From a virus (taxonomy: Duplodnaviria; Caudoviricetes): DNA of 57,826 nt. How positions within the stretch are numbered: the first letter of the stretch is position 1; each line of letters opens with the position of its first letter. Location: IMG/VR virus record IMGVR_UViG_3300022666_000342, positions 1-57,826 of that record. One strand, given 5' to 3'. A model generated the notes under the pieces. That model had not been told where the DNA came from. It ran no database searches and saw nothing but the letters and a program-made list of their open reading frames with translations. Of the stretch, positions 18,688 through 28,759 are shown in pieces. A program made the translations under genes and the position numbers.

Positions 18688-21504
18688 TTACCGCTTGAAT
18701 AGGATGCCGTGATAACAAGCCCCCCCGCACGTACAGGGGATGCTGTTTGTGTAAGGGGCGGAGCCGGCAGAGGAGCCGGAGCGCCCGCGCGGCTCGGCGT
18801 CGTACCGAGTCAGCGTCAAGACTCCATGAGGGGAGCCGGACGTAAGGCCTTCGTACCGCCCGGTGACTAACCAATCCGTCTGCGTCGTCATCGGCATGAG
18901 CAGATGACATATACCCGCCAAGTTAATGGTGGGCGGGTTGGCCGTCACCAAAGTCTGCCAGCCGTCAGTCGTCGAATAGATCTTCCCGCCCGACATCACC
19001 CGCTGAAAATTCCAGCGATTAGCCAGAATCGCCAGCAGGTCGGGATGGCCGAGACCCAAGTTCTTCGAGTCCTGCAGCACGGTGAGAGACATCCCCGGAG
19101 CCTGAACTTTTACCAGGTCTGGCCCGCCAAAACCATTCCCAGCGACTAAAGCCTTCGAAGTATCCAAAGCCGAGACCGTCGCCCAGGGAGTCCAGGAACT
19201 GGCGCCCAAATTGTTGTTGTCGATCCAGTTCTGGCCCGAGTCTGGGCTGTAGGAGATCCAGCCGCCAATATTCAACGTGCGCCACATCACATTGCCGCGC
19301 ACGAAAAGGTTGCCGACCTGATAGATCGGGCCGGCGTCCAAAATTTTCCAGTTCGTCCAGCTTACGCCGTTGTCTACGCTCTTGAAGATGTACTGGCCGA
19401 CATCGTAAATGGCCCCGGAGAAGTAAGCGTAAACATGCCCAGTGGACTGGTCAACGGTCACCCAGTGTAATGTGCCGGCCCCGACCCCCAAAGCCACCCG
19501 CGCCTGCGCGGCGGTGAGCGACACGGCCCAACTGGCCGCCTCGGCAGAGCGGCGGTAGATGCACCGTTCATCCTCGGTCAGCATAAATAAATAGCCGACG
19601 CTTTCATTCATCGCGCCGACCCGGCATTTAAGCGAATTCAACCCGGTATTGATAGCCGTCCAGGTCGGCTGCGCGAGAGAGGACGGCTGCGGGAAGTTGT
19701 TGGTTTTGTAGACCCCCAGGAGGTTGGAGAAAAAGTACCACTCAGTGGGCCAGGATTCCGGCCGAGGGGGAAGGGGCGGTACAGGGGGAAGAGAAGGCGG
19801 CGGCGGAGTGGGGATTGTCTCGATCGGCGGGTAGATAATCATGACCGCGCCGGCCGTCACGCCGAACGTCCGCGCCTCGATCGAGAAGGCCCACCGGCCG
19901 GACGCCGCCTTGTACTCCAACCGCGCCCCTTCAACCGCCGCCCGCTCTGTCTTTCCCCGCGCCTTATCCATGAAATCGACCAGATGGTACATGGCTGGAT
20001 CGATCCAGCTGCGCGGTTTGAGTGTTACTTTGTCGGAATAGTTCTCGATGCCGTAATGCCGGCCGGCCCACAGGCGCAACTGCGCTTCATCATGGGGAGC
20101 CAGGCTATTCAACTCCGCCGGCGCGCCGAACGCATCAGGATGCGCCGGCGCGCGCGTTCGGGCCGGCGCATAGTTCCCGCCCGGAGCCCGGTACACGCCT
20201 TCGGCAAAGACTTCGCTGACCGAAGGCTGCGCCCGGTTGATCTCCACCTCGCCCTCCAGGGAAGAGCCGGCTGTGAGATTTACCGCCGAATACCCCGCCC
20301 AAGTCGCCGCGTCTTTATACAGTTCCTGCGGAGTCACCACCACCCCGCCCGAGAGATACCCCCGCACCGCCCAGAAGGTAGACTTCGTTAGGTAGTCCAC
20401 CTGGGAAATCAGGCTGCCCCCGCGGAATTCCTGGCCGGCAATCGATTCGCCGGCGGAGACCGAGACGTTACTGACCTCGCTCAGCGTCGAGTGCCAGTAA
20501 ATCAAGAACCAGAACGCCCGCGCCGTCGTCAGCTCGTACACCTGCGCCCAGTTGGATGGCGTTGTCACGCCGGTGATGTTGGTGACGATGAAGGGATAAG
20601 CATGCAGGTAGGAAGAAAACGCCAACGCCGGCAGCAGCTTGAACGACCAGCGGCTACGCTCGAAAGTGCTGGTATCCCGGTCGATTACCAGATAGCCCAG
20701 GAAGATCACATCCCCGCTTTCCAGATCGACAATGCACGCTTGCGAATAGCGCAACATACTGATGGGAGCCTCGATCGAAAGATCCACTTCCCAGCCTTTG
20801 TTGTAAGCCCAGCGGGCCGAGCAGGAGCTGAGGACCGCGGTATATTCCGGATTGACCCAGACGGGGATGTACCGGTAAGCCTCCGTCCCATTCGCGTCCG
20901 TGATGGTGCAGAGCAAATACCGGAATCCGGGAGTGGTGAACATGATCGAGACCTCCGGCCCGGTTCCGGTCACCACGCCCCCAAAGCCGGCGCTCCAGGC
21001 ATACGACAAAGGGGATCCTGTGGTAATGTTGGGGACCGACGCGATCGCCGTCGCGTCAAACGACTCGTACACGGAAACGACGACCGCCTCAGACCACGCC
21101 CCGCCCACTTTGCGCACCGACGCCACCGGTGAAGGCGGCAGCTCTCGCTGCCACGGGTCCGGGAAGGCAATGTCGCCGTCCTTGTAGACAACGCCGTTCG
21201 AGATCGTCTGATAGCGCGACCAGGGATAGCGCGCGTTATAAATGGACACCGTATCGCCGCCGGCGAACGTTACCGGATTCTCCGCCAACTTGATCGTCCC
21301 CAGCACCGCATCGACCTCGCGGACCCGCACCATCTCAAACGACGCATGGATCAGGACCAGATTGCGCATCCAGGCCCCCAGCGCCCCCGTGCTGGTCGAG
21401 ACGGTCAGCGTGTAGGTGGCTTCGTCGTAGGCGGTCACCGATCCGGTCCAGGTAGCCGTTGACGGAATTGTCAGCATTCCCAGACGCGCCTGATTGAGTT
21501 CCAT
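18688..21504 (-). CDS. Large tail/baseplate protein with C-terminal BNR/Asp-box propeller
   Basis: Position after the distal tail gene; Pro-rich linker; KSVDNGVSW, YSPDSGQNW and STTDGWQT Asp boxes. Confidence 0.65.
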   Translation of the reverse strand: MELNQARLGMLTIPSTATWTGSVTAYDEATYTLTVSTSTGALGAWMRNLVLIHASFEMVRVREVDAVLGTIKLAENPVTFAGGDTVSIYNARYPWSRYQTISNGVVYKDGDIAFPDPWQRELPPSPVASVRKVGGAWSEAVVVSVYESFDATAIASVPNITTGSPLSYAWSAGFGGVVTGTGPEVSIMFTTPGFRYLLCTITDANGTEAYRYIPVWVNPEYTAVLSSCSARWAYNKGWEVDLSIEAPISMLRYSQACIVDLESGDVIFLGYLVIDRDTSTFERSRWSFKLLPALAFSSYLHAYPFIVTNITGVTTPSNWAQVYELTTARAFWFLIYWHSTLSEVSNVSVSAGESIAGQEFRGGSLISQVDYLTKSTFWAVRGYLSGGVVVTPQELYKDAATWAGYSAVNLTAGSSLEGEVEINRAQPSVSEVFAEGVYRAPGGNYAPARTRAPAHPDAFGAPAELNSLAPHDEAQLRLWAGRHYGIENYSDKVTLKPRSWIDPAMYHLVDFMDKARGKTERAAVEGARLEYKAASGRWAFSIEARTFGVTAGAVMIIYPPIETIPTPPPPSLPPVPPLPPRPESWPTEWYFFSNLLGVYKTNNFPQPSSLAQPTWTAINTGLNSLKCRVGAMNESVGYLFMLTEDERCIYRRSAEAASWAVSLTAAQARVALGVGAGTLHWVTVDQSTGHVYAYFSGAIYDVGQYIFKSVDNGVSWTNWKILDAGPIYQVGNLFVRGNVMWRTLNIGGWISYSPDSGQNWIDNNNLGASSWTPWATVSALDTSKALVAGNGFGGPDLVKVQAPGMSLTVLQDSKNLGLGHPDLLAILANRWNFQRVMSGGKIYSTTDGWQTLVTANPPTINLAGICHLLMPMTTQTDWLVTGRYEGLTSGSPHGVLTLTRYDAEPRGRSGSSAGSAPYTNSIPCTCGGACYHGILFKR

Positions 21505-21884
21505 TAGACCGCCTCCAACAAAATAAACTCCAGGACCACATCTTTATAGTGCTCCCCCCAGCGCTCCAGGCCGGCCGGATCGGGGATGATGACAATAGCC
21601 CGGTAGTCGGCCCAGGTATCGAAAGTGTCCCGCGTCCGCACATAACACTGGGCGGAGTAAACATTGCCGATCAGGGTAAAGAACGCCGCCAGCTTATCCC
21701 TATGGATAGACTGAAACTTCCACTTGCTGCGCGGGTAGCCGACAAACGGCTGCAGCCCGCTCAGATCTGTGATCCGCTCGCCTGGAGAATAAGACGACGA
21801 CGGCATGTAGCCAAAAACATCCTCTGCGTTACAGGGATCGCCCCAGGGGACAGAAGTAGCGACTTTATATTCTGGGTCTGCCAT
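21504..21884 (-). CDS. Putative distal tail protein
   Basis: Immediately downstream of the tape measure; AGGAGG RBS. Confidence 0.5.
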   Translation of the reverse strand: MADPEYKVATSVPWGDPCNAEDVFGYMPSSSYSPGERITDLSGLQPFVGYPRSKWKFQSIHRDKLAAFFTLIGNVYSAQCYVRTRDTFDTWADYRAIVIIPDPAGLERWGEHYKDVVLEFILLEAV

Positions 21885-21895
21885 AGAAAATCCTC

Positions 21896-24800
21896 CTACC
21901 TGATAATCCGGGCTACCTGCCCGAGCACCTGGTCGGTGACCTGGCCGGCGAATTCGTCCAGTTTCTGGTCGATCCAGTCCCGATCCGCATCGGCCACCCC
22001 GACGAACTTGGCGTCGATCGGCACCTGCACCACCACGTCCCCGCCGCCGGCAGACATGCCGGCCAGCCGGCCCTGGGTGATCGGCCCCATATTAGCCTCG
22101 ATCTGAGCCGCCGTCCGCGCATTGATAACGAACTCGCCCTGATGGACCAGGGCCGGCTCGGTGGCCGTCACGTAGCCGCCCAGCGCATACGCCGCGCCGC
22201 CATGGGCCGGCGCCGCCGGTTGGGGATAGTAATCGGCCGGCGAGGAACCGCCGCCGGCGGCCCACTGGGGAGTGGGGAGCGAACTTACATAATTGAGCCA
22301 GAGCTGGCGATTGTGATCCAACCACAGGCTCATATCGGCCAACATCGCCGTCCGATGGGCGTCAAGCAGCGCCTGCTCTTCGGCGTTGTAGCCCATGATC
22401 TTTTTGATTTTTTCGTAATTTTCCTGGTCCAGCGCCGCAAGTTCCTCATCCCGCTGCCGCTGGATCTCGGCGACCCGTTCGGCGTATTCCTGCAGCCGGT
22501 TGGCCCGCTCTTCCTCGTATTCGACCTGCATGTCGGCCATCCGCTGCTCGAACTGCGCCTGTCGTTCTGCCCGCTCCCGCGCCGCATTTTCCGTGTCGGT
22601 GGCCTGTTTATTGGCGAAGTCCTCTTCCGCCCGTTTCTTTTCCAGGTCATATTTTTGATTCTCTTTGAACATGCTCAACGCATCGCGGGAGATGGAGAAT
22701 TCCCACAGCGCCAGATAGTGGTCTTCCTCCATCCGCTGCATTTTGAGCTGATGCTCGCGGAGCGCCTCTTCCTGCCGGCGACGAACCTCATCGTCGCGTT
22801 TTTGCTCGTCGTCGTAAAAATCCTGGGCGGTTTTATCCCGGTTTTTGTAGTAGTCCTTTTCCAGCTTGCCCAGATCCTTCTGGAGATCCCGCCCGGCATC
22901 GGCGATATCATCGGCCGCGTCTTTGATGATTTCGGTATGGCGTTTGAGATAAGCCTCATAAATTTCGATGGCTTTGTCCAGATCGTCCTGAGAAACCCCG
23001 CCGGCCGCCCCTTTATTAATCTGGGCGACCCCTTCCAGCCCTCCTCCGCCGCTGGCATACTGGCCGGCCAGACCCGCGTATCGCGCCGCCCAGGCATCCT
23101 GGGCCGATTGGGACATTCCATCCGTCGCCCGAGAAAAATCTTTCATTGCCCCGGTGGCCTGGGCTACGGCCGTAAACCAATCCTGGCCGGTCTGCTCGCT
23201 GAAAAGAGAGCCGATCTTATAGGCGGCGACCGACGCGAACTTGTCCAGCCCTGGCCCGTCGATGACGCCCAGCCCCCGCAGCCCTTCATAGCCGGCCCCG
23301 CCCAGGGCAAGCCCGCCGGCCACTACGGGAGCTGAAATAGCCGCCAGGAGCGATGACAACGACACGCCCCCGGCGGCAGTCAAAACAGTCCCGCCGGTAG
23401 CGATAGCGCCGCCGGCTACAGCGGGAGCGGCCGCCCCGGCAGCTCCCAGCGCAGCCTTGCCAGCCGCTCCGCCGTTTTCGATGGCGGTTTCAGTTGTCGC
23501 CCCGGCGACTTCGATCGCCGTCTCAGCTTCGCCGCCAGCCACTTCCGTCGCCGACTCAGCTACAGCGCCGCCTTCTTCGGTAGCTGCCGCCGTCGTCGCG
23601 CCGCCCTGGAGCGCCGCGGCTGCCTGCTCAGCAGCTGCAACGACAGTGGCTTGAAACTGCTGGCCGGCCGTGACGATCTGTCCGGCCTGGGCATTTTTAG
23701 CCGCTGCTTCGCCAGCGGAAGCCGCTTTCCAGGCAGCGAGCGTTGACCATGTCCCAGCCACTACTCTTCCGAGTGAGCTGATACCAGAAGCAAGCCCTAC
23801 AAGACCAATTCCACCCGCGCCAAGAACTCCCAAAGTTCCGATTGCAAATTTTGCAATTGGATTGTCTCGCACAAGATCCGTCATGTTTTCAAGCATTCCG
23901 ATAGCAGTCTCGATGGCAGGCATCGCCACATCCAGCGCATCCGCCCCGATGGTCAGCCAGAATCCCTTCCAGCGCATCTCTGCCTGAGCAACCCGCTGTA
24001 CGTCGGATTCATTCCAGGAGTCAATGGTCTTATTCCACAAATCAATCGCGCCCATCTGAGCGATGGTCGCCCCGGTCAACTCTTTCTGCATCGCCGCGTA
24101 AGCTTCGGTCTCCGAGTTCGTCACCCCATCGATCAAATCGGCCTGAGCCCGAAGCACGTTGATCCCCCGCTTGCGCCCTTCGGTCTGCGCCTCGATCAGG
24201 GAGGTCACCGTCGTCAGGGCCCTGGTCTCGAAGATTTTGTTGAGGAACTCCGACTTTTCCTGCTCGCTCATGTTCTCGGTAGCCGCCGCCAGTTTGTCGA
24301 TCGCGGCCGCCGTCCCAATGAACTGCCCCTGGGCATCAAAGAAAGGATTCTGGTCAGGCCCGAAGATTTCAGCGAGCGCCGCCTTGGCCTCTTTGCTTTG
24401 ATCGACCATCTGCACCAACATGGTGCGGTAGCCGGTACCGGCCATGCTCCCCTGCACGCCTTTGGAAGCCAGCGTTCCCAGCACAGCAAAAGCGTCAGAG
24501 AGGGAATCTCCCATCTGGCGCGCCTGCGGCCCCACGTATTTGAGCCCTTCAGCCAGGCTGCCGACCGACGCGATCGAGTTCTGGCTGGTAATGTAGAATT
24601 TAGCGGTGATCTCTTCCACATCGTCCATGGTGAGCCCGAATTGAGAAATCGCCGCGGCCGTCCCTTCCGTGATGTCGGTGATGTTTTCGTTAGCCAGGAC
24701 GGAAAGCCGCTGCATAGGAAGGGTTTCCTTCATAATGCGGGCAATGTCTTCCTGCCCCTCTACCACCTGACCGGTCGCCCGAGCCCACTCCGCCGTGCCG

Positions 24801-27800
24801 GCCGCCAGCTGGTCGGGTTCCAGCAGCCCCGTCGCGCCGGCGGTTTTGATAATTTCCTGGCCCAGGAGCCGCGTCTGCTCTCGCGTCAGGAGCAATGAAC
24901 GGCCGGCCCCCTCCACCTCCTTGGCGTATTCCACATAGGACTTCCCTGCCATGGTCAGCCCGCCGGTGACAGCCGTCCCCGCGAAGCCCACCGGCATGGC
25001 GATTTGCTCCAGATCACCGAAGATCTGCATGATGCCCATGGAATTCATGCGAGTCTTATTCAACTCATCGGCGAAGCGCCGCGCCCATCCGAATGAACCT
25101 TTGTATTTGTCTTCGGTTTCTTTGGCGTTTTGGGTAAGCCGGCGCTGCTCGGCCTGGGCCCGTCGCAACTCGCCGACCACCGTGTCGATCGTTTTGCCGG
25201 AAGCCTGCATGTCGGCCTCGACCTCGCCCCAGTCTTTACCCAGGCTGCCGGCCAGGACCCGCGCCTCCGCCGTCAGCTTATTGAGCCGGGTCTGCTCCGC
25301 CGCCGCGGCCTTTTTAGCGACAACCTCTTGCTTCGCCTCTTCGGTTTGTTGTTTCGCCGCCTCGACCATCACGGCCGCGCCGGCCTTCGTCTCCGCCGTC
25401 GCCCGCTTCTCCGCCTCCAGCGCCGCCGTCCGATCCGCCTGCAGCTTGAGCGTTGTCCGCCGCGCGGCCTGCTCCTTCTGGACCCCCTGCGCCTTTGCCT
25501 GGGCGGTGACCTCCGCCGTCGCCCGGCGCTCCGCCTGGATCTGCGCTTCAGCCCCAGCCCTGGCCGCCTGCGATCGCTCCGCCGCCTGGGCCCGCGCCTC
25601 CGCCGTCTCCTGCCGCATTCCTTCCGTGACCACGGCAGTGGCCCGGCGCGCCTCCTGAATGCGCTCCTCAGCTTCCGCGCGGGCGATCTGCCCGGCTTCG
25701 GCCGCCTGCGCCCGCGCCTGGGCGGTAACGTCGACCGAAGCGTCCGCCGGCTCAGCCGGAGCCGCCGCCTCCGGCGCCAGATCAGGAGCCTCAGCCGCAG
25801 CCCGGAGCTGAAAGGATTCCATGTCCGCGCCGGCATCCTGCAGACGCATCTGGAGATCTTCCATCTGCCCCCATAGCTGCTCCATCGCCGTCTCATCATT
25901 TTGGAGCACGGCTGCGTCGAAGGCCTTCGTCAGGCCCTCCATCCGCTGACTCAACAGAAGGGCGATCTGGGACTGCTTTGCGGAAATCTGCGAAGAAAGT
26001 TCGTCAAGCTTTTTCAGTTCGTCGGCGCTGTAGCGTTGCTTTTGTTGGATATCCGTGCTCAGAACTTTATGCCAGGAATCATCGGACTCGCTTATATTCG
26101 AGCCGCGCATGGCCCCCGGCTTATAGAATTTTGACTCCTGGCCGACGCCGAAGCCGGTCGGCAGGTAGCCCTGGGCATACATGGCCTCATCCGCTGGATT
26201 GACGCCCCGGAGCCGGCGCGCGTCCTCGACGGCTTGCTCAAACATAGCCTGATACCGGGCCGACGCAGCCGTCCCCCGCGTCATCATCCCCTCCATCTCG
26301 CTGCCCAGGCCGGAGATATCCGCCTCCAGCTCGCCGATCCGGGCATCGATAGCGTCCACCGGCAGGCCGGCCGCCGCTTCCTGGAACGCCGCCACTACCC
26401 GGTCGGCCGCCTGCTCCGAGTCTGCAATCAACTCGTTGTAGTCCAGCCCGGTCGCCCCCATCCGGGCAAGCCACTCATTGACATCCCGGACCATATCCGG
26501 CACCACCGAGTGCCCGACCAACTTGTCCCGCACCGTCTCCCAGATTTTGAGCAGCCCGGTCGCCTGCTGCGTCGCGCCTTCGATAACCGGCTGATCCAGG
26601 GACCGCTCCATGGCCTGCCGGGTAGCCTCGACCTCCTGCGCCAGCCGGCCCAGGATCTCGCGCGCCGCAGCCCCGCCTTCCTCCAAAGGCGCGCCGGTTT
26701 TGACGGTTCCTTTGATCTCCCGCTGAGCGACCGCTTCCAGCCGGCTCACCGCTTCCCGCTCCGCTTTCCCCATGCCGTCTGCAGACAGCCGCGCCGCGTC
26801 CAGGGCCGCCACCAACTTGATGAGCACCTTTTGCTGCTCGGAAAGCGCGATGGTGGCCGGCGCAGCCGCTTCGGCCAGAGCCCGCTCGCCCGCCACCAAA
26901 TCGACCAGCGTACCCTCGGCCCCCTTCGGCAGCTCAGTCGTCGCCCCTTGCTGGAGCCCGGCGCGCGTGGTCTCCATCTTTCTGATCAGATCGCGCCGGC
27001 GTTCCGCGAGGGATTGCATCTGTTCCAGCGCCGTCGCGGCAGCGCTCTGGCCGGACCCGCGCAACGCATTGGCGACTTCCGTCACGCTCTTCGACGACCA
27101 CTCCTGCCAGAACTTCAACTCGTCCCGCAGCGGCCCTTCCAACTCGTTGCGCCGCCGCTCCAGCATCTCGATCAGATGCTCGTTGTCCCCGGTCATACGC
27201 AGGGACCGCGCCTGATTCAACTGCTGATTGAGCCGATCCTGTTCGGCCAGCAGCCCCTGGTATTCGGCTTCCCACTGCCGGCGCTCTTCGCTCCAGGTTT
27301 CCGGCCGCTGGACCGAGCCGGCCGGCCGCGCCGCCAGCGCCGCTTCCATCTGCTGATTGACGGCCTCGATCTGGGGGAGAAGCGCGTCCACCGCAGCCTT
27401 CGCCGCCTGCATCTCGGCAGCCTGCCGGCGCTTGATCTCCTGAATCAAGTTGACCGTCTTCCCGCCAATATCCACGGTCATCTTGTTCAGTTCGCTGTCC
27501 ACTTCCTTGAGCCGACGAGTGACCGCGCCCTTGGTGCCGGCTTCGTCCAGACCCTTGAACAACTCCGAAAGGCCCGAAGTCGGCCCGCCGCCCATGGGAT
27601 TGACGGGAGTTGTCCCCAATTGGCCCATGCGGGCATTGATCGCGTCCAGCTCTCCCTGAAGCGCGCGCGCCTGCTCGGTGAGCTTGAGCGTTTTCTTACC
27701 GGCTTCGTCCAGGGCGATATTCAGACCCGGCAAGTCGGCGATGATGTCGTCGGCGATGTTGCCGGAGCCAGGACGGACCAGACCAGTGAGCCGGCGCTGA

Positions 27801-28195
27801 AAATCGGTGAGCAAGCTCTCGACTTGTCCCCACTGGCCCACCAGCCCCTCCGTCAGGGCAGAGCCGACTTTCCCGGCGGCGCTGCGCATGGCCGTAATCT
27901 GCCGCACAGTTTCAGCCAGCCCTTCCACCTCTACCTTCCCCGCGATGGTGAGCGGGCCGGAGCCGGCCGCGCGCAAGGCTTCGACCTGGGCAATGGCCTG
28001 ATCCAGGCCTTTGATTTTCACGGCCCCGCCGATGTTGAGCTGGTCCAAACGCTGGATCAGCGCCTGGATAGCAGCCTCGTCAAAGGCAAGCGGGATCTCC
28101 AGCGTGAGAGCCTGCTCCAGCTGCGCCCGCAGGGCCGGCGCCTGCGACTGCGCATCACGGCCGTCGATCGAGATCTGCAAACTCAGATCAGGCAT
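21896..28195 (-). CDS. Tail tape measure protein (TP901-type core)
   Basis: 2099 aa, Ala-rich and helical; LAEGLKYVGP.A...GVQGSMAGT motif; C-terminal YALGGYV...ALVHQGEFVI. Confidence 0.92.
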   Translation of the reverse strand: MPDLSLQISIDGRDAQSQAPALRAQLEQALTLEIPLAFDEAAIQALIQRLDQLNIGGAVKIKGLDQAIAQVEALRAAGSGPLTIAGKVEVEGLAETVRQITAMRSAAGKVGSALTEGLVGQWGQVESLLTDFQRRLTGLVRPGSGNIADDIIADLPGLNIALDEAGKKTLKLTEQARALQGELDAINARMGQLGTTPVNPMGGGPTSGLSELFKGLDEAGTKGAVTRRLKEVDSELNKMTVDIGGKTVNLIQEIKRRQAAEMQAAKAAVDALLPQIEAVNQQMEAALAARPAGSVQRPETWSEERRQWEAEYQGLLAEQDRLNQQLNQARSLRMTGDNEHLIEMLERRRNELEGPLRDELKFWQEWSSKSVTEVANALRGSGQSAAATALEQMQSLAERRRDLIRKMETTRAGLQQGATTELPKGAEGTLVDLVAGERALAEAAAPATIALSEQQKVLIKLVAALDAARLSADGMGKAEREAVSRLEAVAQREIKGTVKTGAPLEEGGAAAREILGRLAQEVEATRQAMERSLDQPVIEGATQQATGLLKIWETVRDKLVGHSVVPDMVRDVNEWLARMGATGLDYNELIADSEQAADRVVAAFQEAAAGLPVDAIDARIGELEADISGLGSEMEGMMTRGTAASARYQAMFEQAVEDARRLRGVNPADEAMYAQGYLPTGFGVGQESKFYKPGAMRGSNISESDDSWHKVLSTDIQQKQRYSADELKKLDELSSQISAKQSQIALLLSQRMEGLTKAFDAAVLQNDETAMEQLWGQMEDLQMRLQDAGADMESFQLRAAAEAPDLAPEAAAPAEPADASVDVTAQARAQAAEAGQIARAEAEERIQEARRATAVVTEGMRQETAEARAQAAERSQAARAGAEAQIQAERRATAEVTAQAKAQGVQKEQAARRTTLKLQADRTAALEAEKRATAETKAGAAVMVEAAKQQTEEAKQEVVAKKAAAAEQTRLNKLTAEARVLAGSLGKDWGEVEADMQASGKTIDTVVGELRRAQAEQRRLTQNAKETEDKYKGSFGWARRFADELNKTRMNSMGIMQIFGDLEQIAMPVGFAGTAVTGGLTMAGKSYVEYAKEVEGAGRSLLLTREQTRLLGQEIIKTAGATGLLEPDQLAAGTAEWARATGQVVEGQEDIARIMKETLPMQRLSVLANENITDITEGTAAAISQFGLTMDDVEEITAKFYITSQNSIASVGSLAEGLKYVGPQARQMGDSLSDAFAVLGTLASKGVQGSMAGTGYRTMLVQMVDQSKEAKAALAEIFGPDQNPFFDAQGQFIGTAAAIDKLAAATENMSEQEKSEFLNKIFETRALTTVTSLIEAQTEGRKRGINVLRAQADLIDGVTNSETEAYAAMQKELTGATIAQMGAIDLWNKTIDSWNESDVQRVAQAEMRWKGFWLTIGADALDVAMPAIETAIGMLENMTDLVRDNPIAKFAIGTLGVLGAGGIGLVGLASGISSLGRVVAGTWSTLAAWKAASAGEAAAKNAQAGQIVTAGQQFQATVVAAAEQAAAALQGGATTAAATEEGGAVAESATEVAGGEAETAIEVAGATTETAIENGGAAGKAALGAAGAAAPAVAGGAIATGGTVLTAAGGVSLSSLLAAISAPVVAGGLALGGAGYEGLRGLGVIDGPGLDKFASVAAYKIGSLFSEQTGQDWFTAVAQATGAMKDFSRATDGMSQSAQDAWAARYAGLAGQYASGGGGLEGVAQINKGAAGGVSQDDLDKAIEIYEAYLKRHTEIIKDAADDIADAGRDLQKDLGKLEKDYYKNRDKTAQDFYDDEQKRDDEVRRRQEEALREHQLKMQRMEEDHYLALWEFSISRDALSMFKENQKYDLEKKRAEEDFANKQATDTENAARERAERQAQFEQRMADMQVEYEEERANRLQEYAERVAEIQRQRDEELAALDQENYEKIKKIMGYNAEEQALLDAHRTAMLADMSLWLDHNRQLWLNYVSSLPTPQWAAGGGSSPADYYPQPAAPAHGGAAYALGGYVTATEPALVHQGEFVINARTAAQIEANMGPITQGRLAGMSAGGGDVVVQVPIDAKFVGVADADRDWIDQKLDEFAGQVTDQVLGQVARIIR

Positions 28196-28204
28196 AAGGA
28201 CCTC

Positions 28205-28759
28205 CTACTTTGCGCCCAGCCGGCGCATCCTCTGGTAAATGACCTGGGTGGCCTGGTTTTCCACCTGACGTTCAGCATCCCGGCTTAAACCGATAAAGGG
28301 CCGGGCCGGCACAATTGAATTGCTCATCGTAAGACCGCCCGAATTCAACGTTCTGATGCGGTTCGGCGTCTTCGGATCGTCTTCGGCGCTGAGGATAATG
28401 ATGGTGCGGCCCAGGATGCGCATGAACTGCGTAACATTCCGGGGATGCTGCGGATCGGTAAAGGACCGCTTGAGGTCGCCAGTCCGCACCAGGATTGGAT
28501 GCTCGGCCCCAACGCTGAACCGAATCCCGCGCCCATCGATGCCCAACCGGCGTTCTGCCTGAGTGCGACGCGCCAGCGGCACCCAGGGCTCGCCCGAAGG
28601 TTCGCTCTCCCGCTCAAAATTAAGCGCGATCCCGCGCCGCGCCGCGTCGGCGATGATTTCGCTTTCCCGGTTGGAGAGCAGGCCGACCTCAGATAGCGAC
28701 TTCCACCAGGAATCCGAAGCTTTACTGCGAGCAACGGTAACTTTAAGCGGCATTCCCAT
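28205..28759 (-). CDS. Phage virion morphogenesis protein (Mu gpG / P2 gpS-like)
   Basis: NFERESEPSGEPWVPL...ILVRTGDLKRS...VPARPFIGLS. Confidence 0.8.
   Translation of the reverse strand: MGMPLKVTVARSKASDSWWKSLSEVGLLSNRESEIIADAARRGIALNFERESEPSGEPWVPLARRTQAERRLGIDGRGIRFSVGAEHPILVRTGDLKRSFTDPQHPRNVTQFMRILGRTIIILSAEDDPKTPNRIRTLNSGGLTMSNSIVPARPFIGLSRDAERQVENQATQVIYQRMRRLGAK

Noticed and set aside
16319-21504. Diversity-generating retroelement targeting the tail fibre
   Set aside because: No reverse transcriptase motif and no TR/VR repeat pair were seen.
26234-28288. 684-aa + strand ORF, and other long antisense ORFs such as 22142-23335, 33698-35008 and 52951-54105
   Set aside because: They are shadow frames opposite well-supported high-GC genes and show no recognisable motifs.
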